Positions 17,643-25,859 of a stretch of 54,920 nucleotides of DNA are shown here, in pieces (within the stretch, counting starts at the first letter, position 1; each line of letters opens with the position of its first letter). A program made the position numbers and the translations under genes. The DNA is taken from positions 1-54,920 of IMG/VR virus record IMGVR_UViG_3300013005_000046, one strand, 5' to 3'. The notes beneath the pieces are model-generated. The model worked only from the letters and a program-made list of their open reading frames with translations, was not told the DNA's origin and made no database searches. The stretch comes from a virus (lineage: Duplodnaviria > Caudoviricetes).

Positions 17643-17936
17643 ATGGGATACGCAACAGCAGTTGGACTTACAGATACAGACCTAACCCTATCAGACCAAT
17701 TGGCAATTCACTTTAGCAGTAATTGTTATCCACCAATTCCAAAAATAATGATACCTGTAGCAGTAGCAGCTATTGACGCCTATTGGGAAGAAGACTACGC
17801 TAGAGTAATCAAGTTGCCCGAAGGTGTTGAGTTTAGAAATGGTGAAGATTGGGTATTCGCCTCACAAGCAGTTGAGTCCCTCAGACTTGACGCCTGGTTG
17901 CAGGAAATTTACTGGACAGACGAAGACGAAGAGTAA
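17643..17936 (+). CDS. Hypothetical protein
   Basis: AGGAG RBS; HFSSNCYPPIP motif. Confidence 0.75.
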   Translation: MGYATAVGLTDTDLTLSDQLAIHFSSNCYPPIPKIMIPVAVAAIDAYWEEDYARVIKLPEGVEFRNGEDWVFASQAVESLRLDAWLQEIYWTDEDEE

Positions 17937-18125
17937 ATGGATAACCTGATTGTAATTATCTTTGCAGTCTGGATAGTAATAATGTTTCTTGCTTTGGAGT
18001 GACGTCCCCCAGAAATGGGGCGCACCTATTGATCCACAATAGAATGTTAATTAAGAATTAACTAAAAAATCCCCCAAAATGTCGGTAGGTCATGGTAATG
18101 TTATCTTATCAACGAAAGGAAACCC

Positions 18126-18644
18126 ATGGACTACTACGCAATTTATTCAGGTCTAATCAAGAACGCTACTTTTGGTCAAGTAGAGCAAGCAAGCAAGTGG
18201 TATCTAGACGCAGAACGTGTTGCAGCACAGGTTGCACGTAATCTAGATTCTACCCTTGAGGTTGGTGCAAGCGTAGTGTCTGCATTCTCACCTAGAGAGC
18301 GTTGGACTAACAACGTTACTAAGGCGATTAGCTTCTCACTTGGTAATCACATTCCAGGATTCAAGAACAACATGCTAATGGCTAACAATGCAATAGCCTT
18401 TGGGTATGACGCTCTAAAAGGATTGAAGACTAACGCATTCGCTAGAGCTATCGCAGGTGATGAGAATGCTGTAGTGATTGACGTATGGATGTTGCGAGCT
18501 GTTGGTATTGAAAAGAAAACACCTAATCAAACACAGTATAAGCAATTAGCTGACGCAGTTGCTAAGGTTGCATTTGATAATGGCATGACACCTAGAGCAA
18601 CTCAAGCCCTAATCTGGATTGTTGTTAGAGGTAGTTCGGAATAG
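18126..18644 (+). CDS. Conserved actinophage protein, possibly a DNA-glycosylase-like fold
   Basis: WY..A, SPR..W, VVIDVWM.RA and QA.IW motifs. Confidence 0.65.
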   Translation: MDYYAIYSGLIKNATFGQVEQASKWYLDAERVAAQVARNLDSTLEVGASVVSAFSPRERWTNNVTKAISFSLGNHIPGFKNNMLMANNAIAFGYDALKGLKTNAFARAIAGDENAVVIDVWMLRAVGIEKKTPNQTQYKQLADAVAKVAFDNGMTPRATQALIWIVVRGSSE

Positions 18645-18932
18645 CTACCCCTCGAAAGAGGGCGCACCCTTTTGCCTGATTGTCAAGTTTAAGAAGATAA
18701 CAATTTTTCCCCCAAATCGTTATAAATAAAAGCTGCTAAAGACTTATAAATGTCGGTGGGTGGGGCTATAATAGAAACATCACAGAAAAAGACAAAAAGT
18801 AATACAAAAAGTTGTTATCAAAATGTTATCAAAATGGTATTGACAATTTGACCTTTTTCTGGGATAATGGATTTATCAACAAGTCGTTGGTAAATAATCA
18901 AAACAGTCCCTCTGGGGCGGAAAGAAGCAAAA

Positions 18933-19085
18933 ATGAAAGACACTCTAACTGTTGGCTCACAGTTCACTACTGCTAAGTCTGGCGTAGTAGGCACAATTCA
19001 GGAAGTCAAGGAGAACAAGAACGGCTCGTTCCGTGTTCGCCTAGATGTAAATGGTGAGCCTCGCTGGACTACTGTTAGCAAGTAA
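18933..19085 (+). CDS. 50-aa small beta (SH3/KOW-like) protein
   Basis: Hand translation MKDTLTVGSQFTTAKSGVVGTIQEV..RVRLDVNGEPRWTTV. Confidence 0.7.
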   Translation: MKDTLTVGSQFTTAKSGVVGTIQEVKENKNGSFRVRLDVNGEPRWTTVSK

Positions 19086-19091
19086 TCCGCC

Positions 19092-19119
19092 TCTGCTGGG
19101 TATCAGATAAAACTGCCCA
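19092..19119 (+). ncRNA. Compact H-type pseudoknot motif, copy 1
   Basis: UCUG-CU-GGGUA-U-CAGA-UAAAAC-UGCCC. Confidence 0.6.
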
Positions 19120-19194
19120 ACCCTCACAAATGTCGTATGCTAATGCTACAATGATAAAGCAATAAACCCAATCAAGAAAAGGAAGAAACAAACT

Positions 19195-19638
19195 ATGGCA
19201 AGAACCCTGTCAGTAAAAATCCCAGTCGCAAAACTAATCGCAGATGTAGAGCAGTCTATTGCTAAGATAGATGTTGCTATTGCTGAGTATGCTGAAAAGC
19301 GTAAGCAGTATGAAGCAGAAAGCAAGCAGTATGACCTAGACATTGTTGCTCACGCTATCAAAGCACTATCAGACCCAAGTAATGTTGGAACAGAACACGG
19401 CTCATTAGTTCGTGTGTCAAGAGGATACAACGGAAACATTTCTGTTGATTTTGATGTTGAGGCACTTGGACTACCAGCCAAGCCAGTAGAGCCAGCAAGA
19501 CCAAATGAGAAAACTTATTTTGGTCGTGAGTATGCCACACGCAAAGAAGTCTTAGAGCGTAATCTTCGTATTCTAAAGATGACAACCCAAGAGGAAGTTT
19601 CGGCAAGTTCTTACTCTGCTGTTATTGACCTTATCTAA
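19195..19638 (+). CDS. Hypothetical coiled-coil protein
   Basis: ORF with RBS behind a TGTCG promoter. Confidence 0.8.
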   Translation: MARTLSVKIPVAKLIADVEQSIAKIDVAIAEYAEKRKQYEAESKQYDLDIVAHAIKALSDPSNVGTEHGSLVRVSRGYNGNISVDFDVEALGLPAKPVEPARPNEKTYFGREYATRKEVLERNLRILKMTTQEEVSASSYSAVIDLI

Positions 19639-19680
19639 ACTTAGGGAACAAGCCTTGCTTTGACAAGGAAAACGCCCGAA

Positions 19681-19708
19681 GCAACCTGAGCAAGTTGTGA
19701 AACTGCTT
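19681..19708 (+). ncRNA. Compact pseudoknot motif, copy 2
   Basis: CAAC-CU-GAGCA-A-GUUG-UGAAAC-UGCUU. Confidence 0.6.
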
Positions 19709-19857
19709 CCCCTTCCCCCTCTAAAGCTGAAGATCGTAAGATCACAAATACTGCGGGGGACTCAAAGGGGGGCGCACCTTATAACAGATAGATAACATCT
19801 TTAAGAAAAGCTTTAAGAACCCTTGTAAATGTCGGTGGGTACCTGTAAAATATAGAC

Positions 19858-19998
19858 ATGACAAAAAACCAGATTATAGATGAACAAGCAGAAGAAATCC
19901 GTGAGGCCTTGGCTGACTACTATGCTAACCCAGAGGAGTACACACTCGAAGACTGGGAAGAAATCTTTCAGGATAGGGACCCATTCGAATTCCTATAA
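19858..19998 (+). CDS. 46-aa highly acidic protein
   Basis: Leaderless; ...EEIREALADYYANPEEYTLEDWEEIFQDRDPFEFL. Confidence 0.65.
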   Translation: MTKNQIIDEQAEEIREALADYYANPEEYTLEDWEEIFQDRDPFEFL

Positions 19999-20046
19999 TG
20001 TCGGTGGGTCATGGTAGAATTCAAAAAAGAAATGAAAGGAAAACAA

Positions 20047-20247
20047 ATGTCTTATGACACAATAAGAAACGTTGGCTACGTATCGTATGACGGAAACTAT
20101 GGAGCGGAAGCGGACTTGCTAATGTTTGATAGTAATGCACTTACCTTGCAGCAGTGGGAAACCCTAGGTGAGCTAGGCGATAACTCCAGGTATGAGTATG
20201 TTGAAGCAGTATTCAACAACAAGGACCTAACTGAGTGGGAGGGCTAA
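20047..20247 (+). CDS. Hypothetical protein
   Basis: GAAAGGA RBS. Confidence 0.7.
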   Translation: MSYDTIRNVGYVSYDGNYGAEADLLMFDSNALTLQQWETLGELGDNSRYEYVEAVFNNKDLTEWEG

Positions 20248-20585
20248 TGTTGGATACTCTAGATACTTATCTAATCGATGAGTTCACTGATGAAGCTAAA
20301 GGTATTGCATTCGACACATGTCACAAAATTTATATTCTCATGGATAACGAACAGGTTGACCTTATGCGTGAGTATGGTTATGGTGATGCAAATGACCCAG
20401 ACAGTCTACTGACGTCGTACCAGCTGACACCAAGAGAGATGAGCAACAAGGTTGTTGAGTGGTTCCATGGCTCGTGTGGCCTAAGATTTATCAGTGCCGT
20501 TTATTCTGATGAGCGAGGTTTTGTAGACGTCGTCAGTCAGTTTGAAGGCAATGGATATGACGAAGATGAGGATGAAGACTTGTAG
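20247..20585 (+). CDS. Acidic hypothetical protein
   Basis: GGAGG RBS; FDTCHKIY..W...SCGLRFI. Confidence 0.75.
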   Translation: MLDTLDTYLIDEFTDEAKGIAFDTCHKIYILMDNEQVDLMREYGYGDANDPDSLLTSYQLTPREMSNKVVEWFHGSCGLRFISAVYSDERGFVDVVSQFEGNGYDEDEDEDL

Positions 20586-20619
20586 TGCATTCCCTTACTT
20601 CCTTTCTGGAATGTACTAC

Positions 20620-20647
20620 CGTCCTGGCCATGACGTAAATCTGGCCA
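20620..20647 (+). ncRNA. Compact pseudoknot motif, copy 3 (preceded by a 12-bp hairpin at 20582-20619)
   Basis: CGUC-CU-GGCCA-U-GACG-UAAAUC-UGGCC. Confidence 0.6.
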
Positions 20648-20791
20648 CCTTCAATTTGCGCCCCGTCGGGCGTGTCGGATCCATTTACGAAGGCTATTAA
20701 GAATGCCCCAAAATAAACCCAGTCTTGACAATGTCGGTGGTTGGGTGTAAAATAAGACTATAATAAACAACCCCTAAAGAAAGTAGAAAAC

Positions 20792-21805
20792 ATGGCACAT
20801 TTGCTAGAATCACAAAACGGAGAAACCGCATTTGCTTCATTCAGACAGCCAGCTTGGCATGGTCTAGGCGAAGTATTCACTGAGGAAGTATCCACAGCAG
20901 AAATGCTAAAGAAAGCTAAACTAAACAATTGGGATGTTCGCTTGGAAGACATCGAGATTCCTAATCAGTTTAGTTCCGACAAGAATTATTCTTTTGTCGT
21001 TAGAGATAACCCGTTTACCTTAGGCAACAAGGATGTTCTTGGTGTTGTTGGTGAGCGTTATGTTCCTCTCCAGAACGAGGACTTGTTTGATTTCGCAGAC
21101 AACCTACTAGACAATGGTGGTCGTTGGGAAACAGCAGGTTCAATCAAGGGCGGTAGAGTTGTATTCGGTGCTCTTGCTCTTGAGCGTGAAACAGTTCTTG
21201 ACAAGGACGGCGTTGCTGACAAGATAAACACTTATCTTCTTGTAAACACATCTCATGACGGGTCTATTGCTATTCAGGCAAGTATCACACCAGTTCGTGT
21301 TGTTTGTGCTAACACACTAAACCTTGCTCTTGGTAATCGTGGTCGTGGTGGTTCAGTAAAGCAGTCATTCAAGATTAGACACACACAGACTGCTCAGGGT
21401 AAGGTTGCTGTTGCTCGTGAGGCTCTTGGTCTTGCTAATGCTTACATGGATGAGTTCGACAAAATGGCAAGTGCTATGATTGAAACTGAAATTACTAAGG
21501 CACAGTTTGACAAGATTGTAAACTTGGCTTATCCAATGCCAAAGGATGACGCTAAGAAAGTTTCAATCACCAAACACGCTAACAAGATTGACCTCATCAA
21601 CGACATCTATGTTGGTGATTTCAATAACACAATTAGCGGAACAGCTTGGGGAGCATTGAACGCTCTAACCGAAAGACTAGACTGGCACAGAGCAGGTCGC
21701 AAGGGACAGACTGAAACAATTTTGTCTGGTGCTTCTGGTTTTGACCCAGTCATCAACGCAGAGAAGAATCGCTTGATGAAAATTGTTCAGAGTGTAATGG
21801 CATAA
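20792..21805 (+). CDS. DUF932 / phage-plasmid LGT_TIGR03299 family protein
   Basis: PAWHGLG, WETAGSIKGG, NTSHDGS, TPVRVVCANTL and IRHT motifs. Confidence 0.9.
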   Translation: MAHLLESQNGETAFASFRQPAWHGLGEVFTEEVSTAEMLKKAKLNNWDVRLEDIEIPNQFSSDKNYSFVVRDNPFTLGNKDVLGVVGERYVPLQNEDLFDFADNLLDNGGRWETAGSIKGGRVVFGALALERETVLDKDGVADKINTYLLVNTSHDGSIAIQASITPVRVVCANTLNLALGNRGRGGSVKQSFKIRHTQTAQGKVAVAREALGLANAYMDEFDKMASAMIETEITKAQFDKIVNLAYPMPKDDAKKVSITKHANKIDLINDIYVGDFNNTISGTAWGALNALTERLDWHRAGRKGQTETILSGASGFDPVINAEKNRLMKIVQSVMA

Positions 21806-21812
21806 CCCAAAA

Positions 21813-21838
21813 CTCCTAGGCATGAGAATAAACTGCCT
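21813..21838 (+). ncRNA. Compact pseudoknot motif, copy 4
   Basis: CUC-CU-AGGCA-U-GAG-AAUAAAC-UGCCU. Confidence 0.6.
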
Positions 21839-21979
21839 CCAATTTCGGGGCGCAATCTAATAATAACCTAGTTATCTATCTAAAATTCTTTAAGAAGATC
21901 CTAAAATTTTTGCCGAAATCTCTTGACTTTTGTCGGTGGTTAGCCTTATACTTATAACAACAAACAGAAAGGAACCCAA

Positions 21980-22477
21980 ATGGGAACCAGAAACCTAACA
22001 GTAGTAAAGAATCTAGAAGGCACTACAAAGATTGCTCTATACGGACAATGGGATGGCTATCCTAGCTATTCAGGTGTTGAAGCCCTAAAGTTTCTAAGAG
22101 ATAAAGTAAATAGGGATAACCTATTGGTAGAACTACAGCAAGTAGAGTTTATTAGCGAGGAAGAATCAGAAGCCCTTTGGGAAACCTTTGAGCATGATGA
22201 CAATGACCCAACCAAAGCACAAACAGCTATGCCAGGACTAACCAGGGATACTGGTATCGGTATTCTAGAGATAGTTGCTAATACTATGAATCCTATCAAG
22301 ATGATTGACAATAGTGAGTTTAGGAACGATACCCTATTTTGTGAGGGTGTCTATGAGGTAGACTTTAGCACTAACAAGTTTATTACTACCTATGCTGACA
22401 AGGTTGTTGAGTATGACCTTGATACCCTGCCAAGTGATGAAGAATACCTAGCCCAATGGGAAACTGCTAACGCATAA
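21980..22477 (+). CDS. Conserved phage protein (MGTR..YxQWDGYP family)
   Basis: Motif and GAAAGGA RBS. Confidence 0.8.
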   Translation: MGTRNLTVVKNLEGTTKIALYGQWDGYPSYSGVEALKFLRDKVNRDNLLVELQQVEFISEEESEALWETFEHDDNDPTKAQTAMPGLTRDTGIGILEIVANTMNPIKMIDNSEFRNDTLFCEGVYEVDFSTNKFITTYADKVVEYDLDTLPSDEEYLAQWETANA

Positions 22478-22491
22478 GAAGGAATAGAAAA

Positions 22492-22644
22492 ATGACAATG
22501 AATGAACTAATGAGCAAAATCCTAGAAATCCTTCCTAACGCTGTATTTGGCGAAGAGGACAATGGAGAAATCCTAATCGCAACAGGATTTGTAGAACGCA
22601 AAGACGGAACCCTAGCAGAATTGGATGACAGCGATGAACTTTGA
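22492..22644 (+). CDS. 50-aa acidic protein
   Basis: Hand translation; AAGGA RBS. Confidence 0.6.
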   Translation: MTMNELMSKILEILPNAVFGEEDNGEILIATGFVERKDGTLAELDDSDEL

Positions 22645-22822
22645 TAATTTAGATACAAAACATGTAACAGGAGACCTAGCAACAGACGTTCAGTTCATCA
22701 AAGATAATCTTAGTATTGATGACGCTGAGTTCTTTAGACAGGCTATGGCCAACATAATGTCGGAGGGTACTGCTAGAATAGAATCCCTAACCAATGAAGA
22801 GATAGATAGGTTCTTTGAATGA
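22634..22822 (+). CDS. Hypothetical protein
   Basis: ORF track; operon packing. Confidence 0.6.
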   Translation: MNFDNLDTKHVTGDLATDVQFIKDNLSIDDAEFFRQAMANIMSEGTARIESLTNEEIDRFFE

Positions 22823-23013
22823 TGAGTCTAACAAGTAATGACCTAAAAACTTGGCAGGTAGAGTATTCGGCTGCTTACTGGGTAGAAGCAACAAGTGAAG
22901 AAGAAGCTATTGATAAGGCTATGGAAGAACACTCCGAATTTCCTGACGGTAGTTGGGAAGCTATGATTGACCCCTATGATAGCAACAACTTCAATACCCT
23001 AGGAGAAAAGTAG
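22819..23013 (+). CDS. Small acidic protein with VEAxSxEEA motif (DpnD/PcfM-like)
   Basis: WVEATSEEEAI. Confidence 0.65.
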   Translation: MMSLTSNDLKTWQVEYSAAYWVEATSEEEAIDKAMEEHSEFPDGSWEAMIDPYDSNNFNTLGEK

Positions 23014-23204
23014 TGCAGACTATCAGGATAACTATTGACTTAGACTATGACTTAGAGTCTCACTACAATAGCCCAGAGGAATACAAAAACCTATCTTTAG
23101 ACGCTATCGTAGATGACTTGGAAGATAATGTGTATGAGGATTTGTTAGACCTTATGCGTAATGATAGATTGAGATTTTGGTCAGAGACGAGGGTAATCGC
23201 CTGA
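23013..23204 (+). CDS. Acidic hypothetical protein
   Basis: AGGAG RBS; GTG start. Confidence 0.65.
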   Translation: MQTIRITIDLDYDLESHYNSPEEYKNLSLDAIVDDLEDNVYEDLLDLMRNDRLRFWSETRVIA

Positions 23205-23339
23205 CCTGGTCCCCCGAAAGGGGTGCGCCCACTATTATAACGATCTTGTTATCTAATAAAAAACCTTTACGAACTACTTGACTTTTTCCCCGAATTGTGA
23301 GATACTTGATTTATCAAACCCCAACCCTTAGGAGCTAAC

Positions 23340-23516
23340 GTGCCTACTTTCAAAATCCAAAGAGAATACACCAACTGGGAAGAAATTACAGTTGAAGCTG
23401 ATTCAAAAGAACATGCCCTAGAACTTGCAGATGATGATGACACATGGGACATGGCCTATGATGTAAACTCCTACAACTACACTGGAGAGACATGGGTAGG
23501 AGAAGCAGATGAGTAA
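23340..23516 (+). CDS. 58-aa acidic protein with VEADS motif
   Basis: AGGAG RBS; GTG start; hand translation. Confidence 0.65.
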   Translation: MPTFKIQREYTNWEEITVEADSKEHALELADDDDTWDMAYDVNSYNYTGETWVGEADE

Positions 23517-23618
23517 GAAATGTTTCCACTACAACTGGGGTGGATACTGTGCCCTTTGCGGTAAGCAACTATACAATAAAGGACTAGGCGTAGACCTATA
23601 CAAAGGAAAGAAAGTCTA

Positions 23619-24137
23619 ATGCACGTATTACAATACATAGCTGTTCAGGCAGATAGCAATGACGAAGCCTTTCGTACCGTCAAGGATACACTTGAATCCG
23701 AGCTAGGCAATAACGAGTATTCAACTAATGCTTGGTTTGACTGGTTCGTAGTTGGTGGCGGTAGGTTTGTAGAAGGAAACCCATATGAAGAATCTACTAA
23801 TAGTATAATCTCCTATGACGAAGCACCAGCTGAGTATCTGGCTATGGTTGATAGTCTTATTAGTAATCGTATGGATGAGTTTGAGGCCTACCGTAAACAC
23901 TATAACGAAAAGGGTGTTGACATTGAAGCTAAGTTAGATAACTATAGAGGTGTTATGAACTATGACTTTGAGCTATACCCCTTGAAAAAAATGATTGACA
24001 TGATTCAGGGTGAGTGGGACATGAACTCATACTTTTATGACATGCACCATTCCAGCACTAACCCTGACCACATGCACAAGAGCCTTGACTTAGGCAACAA
24101 GAACTGGTATGCTGTACCTGTAGACTTTCACTTCTAA
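23619..24137 (+). CDS. Conserved phage protein (DWxxxGGR ... VDxH family)
   Basis: MH start, WFDWFVVGGGRF, VPVDFHF end. Confidence 0.8.
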   Translation: MHVLQYIAVQADSNDEAFRTVKDTLESELGNNEYSTNAWFDWFVVGGGRFVEGNPYEESTNSIISYDEAPAEYLAMVDSLISNRMDEFEAYRKHYNEKGVDIEAKLDNYRGVMNYDFELYPLKKMIDMIQGEWDMNSYFYDMHHSSTNPDHMHKSLDLGNKNWYAVPVDFHF

Positions 24138-24149
24138 AAAGGAAACCCA

Positions 24150-24545
24150 ATGACAGAAACCCCATACACAGAATACCAAGGTTGGCATGAGTGGGCAGAA
24201 AAGTTCAAGCCTATAAAAAACCACCTTGTCAATGACCCTGACCAGCAAATGTTTGAGACCTATGGTGAAGAGGTTGAGTTTGTATCTAATTATGATAACA
24301 AGTATGTTTGGACTTGGCTTCAAGGAGACATGTCAGACCTTGTTTGTGCTGGCTACCACTATGTAAATAGATTGGGATACTACATTTCCGAGGTACCTTG
24401 GGAAAACGAAGATGACTATGCTTTACTATCAGTTGAGGTAGAGTGTGAATGCTATAAAGAGGAAGGCTATGAAGATGGCGAATACGGAAGAGCTGACTGT
24501 GAGGAGTGTGAAGGTAATGGACACATCACTAAGTACATCGACTAA
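24150..24545 (+). CDS. Hypothetical protein with C-terminal Zn ribbon
   Basis: FETYGEE..GYHYVNRLGY; CEC..CEECEG. Confidence 0.8.
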   Translation: MTETPYTEYQGWHEWAEKFKPIKNHLVNDPDQQMFETYGEEVEFVSNYDNKYVWTWLQGDMSDLVCAGYHYVNRLGYYISEVPWENEDDYALLSVEVECECYKEEGYEDGEYGRADCEECEGNGHITKYID

Positions 24546-24912
24546 ACCAGTATCACAAGGTTACGGTAGATTCAAGAGGAATGCAAATGCAGATAGAACT
24601 AAGTTTATCTATGACCTAAACATCTATCAGCTGGAGCAGTTGGACGCAGATGGGGAGTACAGATTCTTTGGACCATGGTACATCCATGTCTATGAGTATA
24701 CTGGCCAGACGACGGAAGAGGTATCAGTTCCGATCGAGCTCACACCTGAAGAGCAAGAGTTTCTAATCGATAACGACCCCTACTTTGATAATGAGGTAGA
24801 CACGTGGTATGGATTAGATGGCTTTATATTTGAGAAGTGGGAGGTCATCTCAGATAGACTAAAGTTTATCTTTGAAATGCTTCCTAAATATAAAGATGAA
24901 GTTCTATTCTAG
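24517..24912 (+). CDS. Acidic hypothetical protein
   Basis: ORF track; start adjusted. Confidence 0.65.
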   Translation: MDTSLSTSTKPVSQGYGRFKRNANADRTKFIYDLNIYQLEQLDADGEYRFFGPWYIHVYEYTGQTTEEVSVPIELTPEEQEFLIDNDPYFDNEVDTWYGLDGFIFEKWEVISDRLKFIFEMLPKYKDEVLF

Positions 24913-24915
24913 GAC

Positions 24916-24944
24916 TTGACAAATACAACTGAATACTGTACAAT
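24916..24944 (+). promoter_or_regulatory. Canonical primary-sigma promoter TTGACA-17-TACAAT
   Basis: Direct consensus match. Confidence 0.75.
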
Positions 24945-24993
24945 GGAATAGCTACAAAAACCAATAATAACCAACAACCCTTAGGAGAACCAA

Positions 24994-25152
24994 ATGGCAA
25001 AGAAGAGCAAAGCAAAAACCTATCCATACCTAGAGACTTGGGACACACGCTATGGTATGAGTCAGCGTGTAGTCCTACGCAAGGATGGTAAGTTTGTAGA
25101 TAACATCTCGCTTACCGCACTGAAGCAAGGGGTTAGGGTTTCCTCTCGCTAA
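24994..25152 (+). CDS. 52-aa basic protein
   Basis: AGGAG RBS; MAKKSKAKTYPYLETWDTRYG... Confidence 0.7.
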   Translation: MAKKSKAKTYPYLETWDTRYGMSQRVVLRKDGKFVDNISLTALKQGVRVSSR

Positions 25153-25227
25153 TCAGTAAATGAGAAAAAGGGGGGCACAGGTTCAGGCTTGTGTCCCTCT
25201 CCCATTTCTGGTATAATGAAGGAAACT

Positions 25228-25437
25228 ATGAGAAGAATAAAAACAGACGAAGAAAAAGCGGCAATCAAATTAGCAACAATCGTTTCTGATGTAAGACTAG
25301 ACTTAGATGAAGTCGGAGTTTATCTTGGAAGATACGCACCAACAATTTCATACAATCGTTTATTGCTTATAGCAGAATCAGCAGAGTTCGAGAAGGAGAA
25401 CATAGATGTCAGACACGCCCACGAACCACTTTTCTAG
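25228..25437 (+). CDS. Hypothetical protein
   Basis: TGGTATAAT upstream; ORF track. Confidence 0.7.
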   Translation: MRRIKTDEEKAAIKLATIVSDVRLDLDEVGVYLGRYAPTISYNRLLLIAESAEFEKENIDVRHAHEPLF

Positions 25438-25699
25438 ACAATGTGAGATACTGGCTGACCTTTGGCTAAATCATAAAGGTGATGAGCAGTTAGCAGATTT
25501 CATTGAATACAATGACATTGGCTTGCCACTTGCTTATGCTTTTGCTGAGGACTTGGCAAAGCCAACAGAGTTAGCAACTAAATACATTACCGAAACTTAT
25601 TCTTTGTTGGTTGAGGCATTAGGTCTTACTGATTCAGAAGAGTGGGAATCTATTGACGAAATGTTTGATAACTCTCCAAATTATGAATCAGATTTCTAA
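25406..25699 (+). CDS. Hypothetical protein
   Basis: DFIEYNDIGLPLAY motif. Confidence 0.75.
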   Translation: MSDTPTNHFSRQCEILADLWLNHKGDEQLADFIEYNDIGLPLAYAFAEDLAKPTELATKYITETYSLLVEALGLTDSEEWESIDEMFDNSPNYESDF

Positions 25700-25734
25700 T
25701 AGATAAAGCTGGCATTTAGGAGATAACATCTCCA

Positions 25735-25807
25735 ACCCCCATAGCCCAATGGCAGAGGCGATAGACTTAAAATCTATTCAGTGTTGGTTCGAGTCCAACT
25801 GGGGGTA
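25735..25807 (+). tRNA. tRNA-Leu(UAA) with short variable loop
   Basis: Cloverleaf ACCCCCA/TGGGGGT; anticodon arm ATAGA-CTTAAAA-TCTAT; GGTTCGAGTCC. Confidence 0.9.
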
Positions 25808-25859
25808 CGTTTCGGGGCGCACATATGTTTGTCCAAATGTCAAATACCAAATACCAAAT

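Noticed and set aside
19092-21838. Hammerhead or HDV-like ribozyme identity for the repeated RNA motif
   Set aside because: Lacks the CUGANGA/GAAA core and is too short for an HDV-type double pseudoknot
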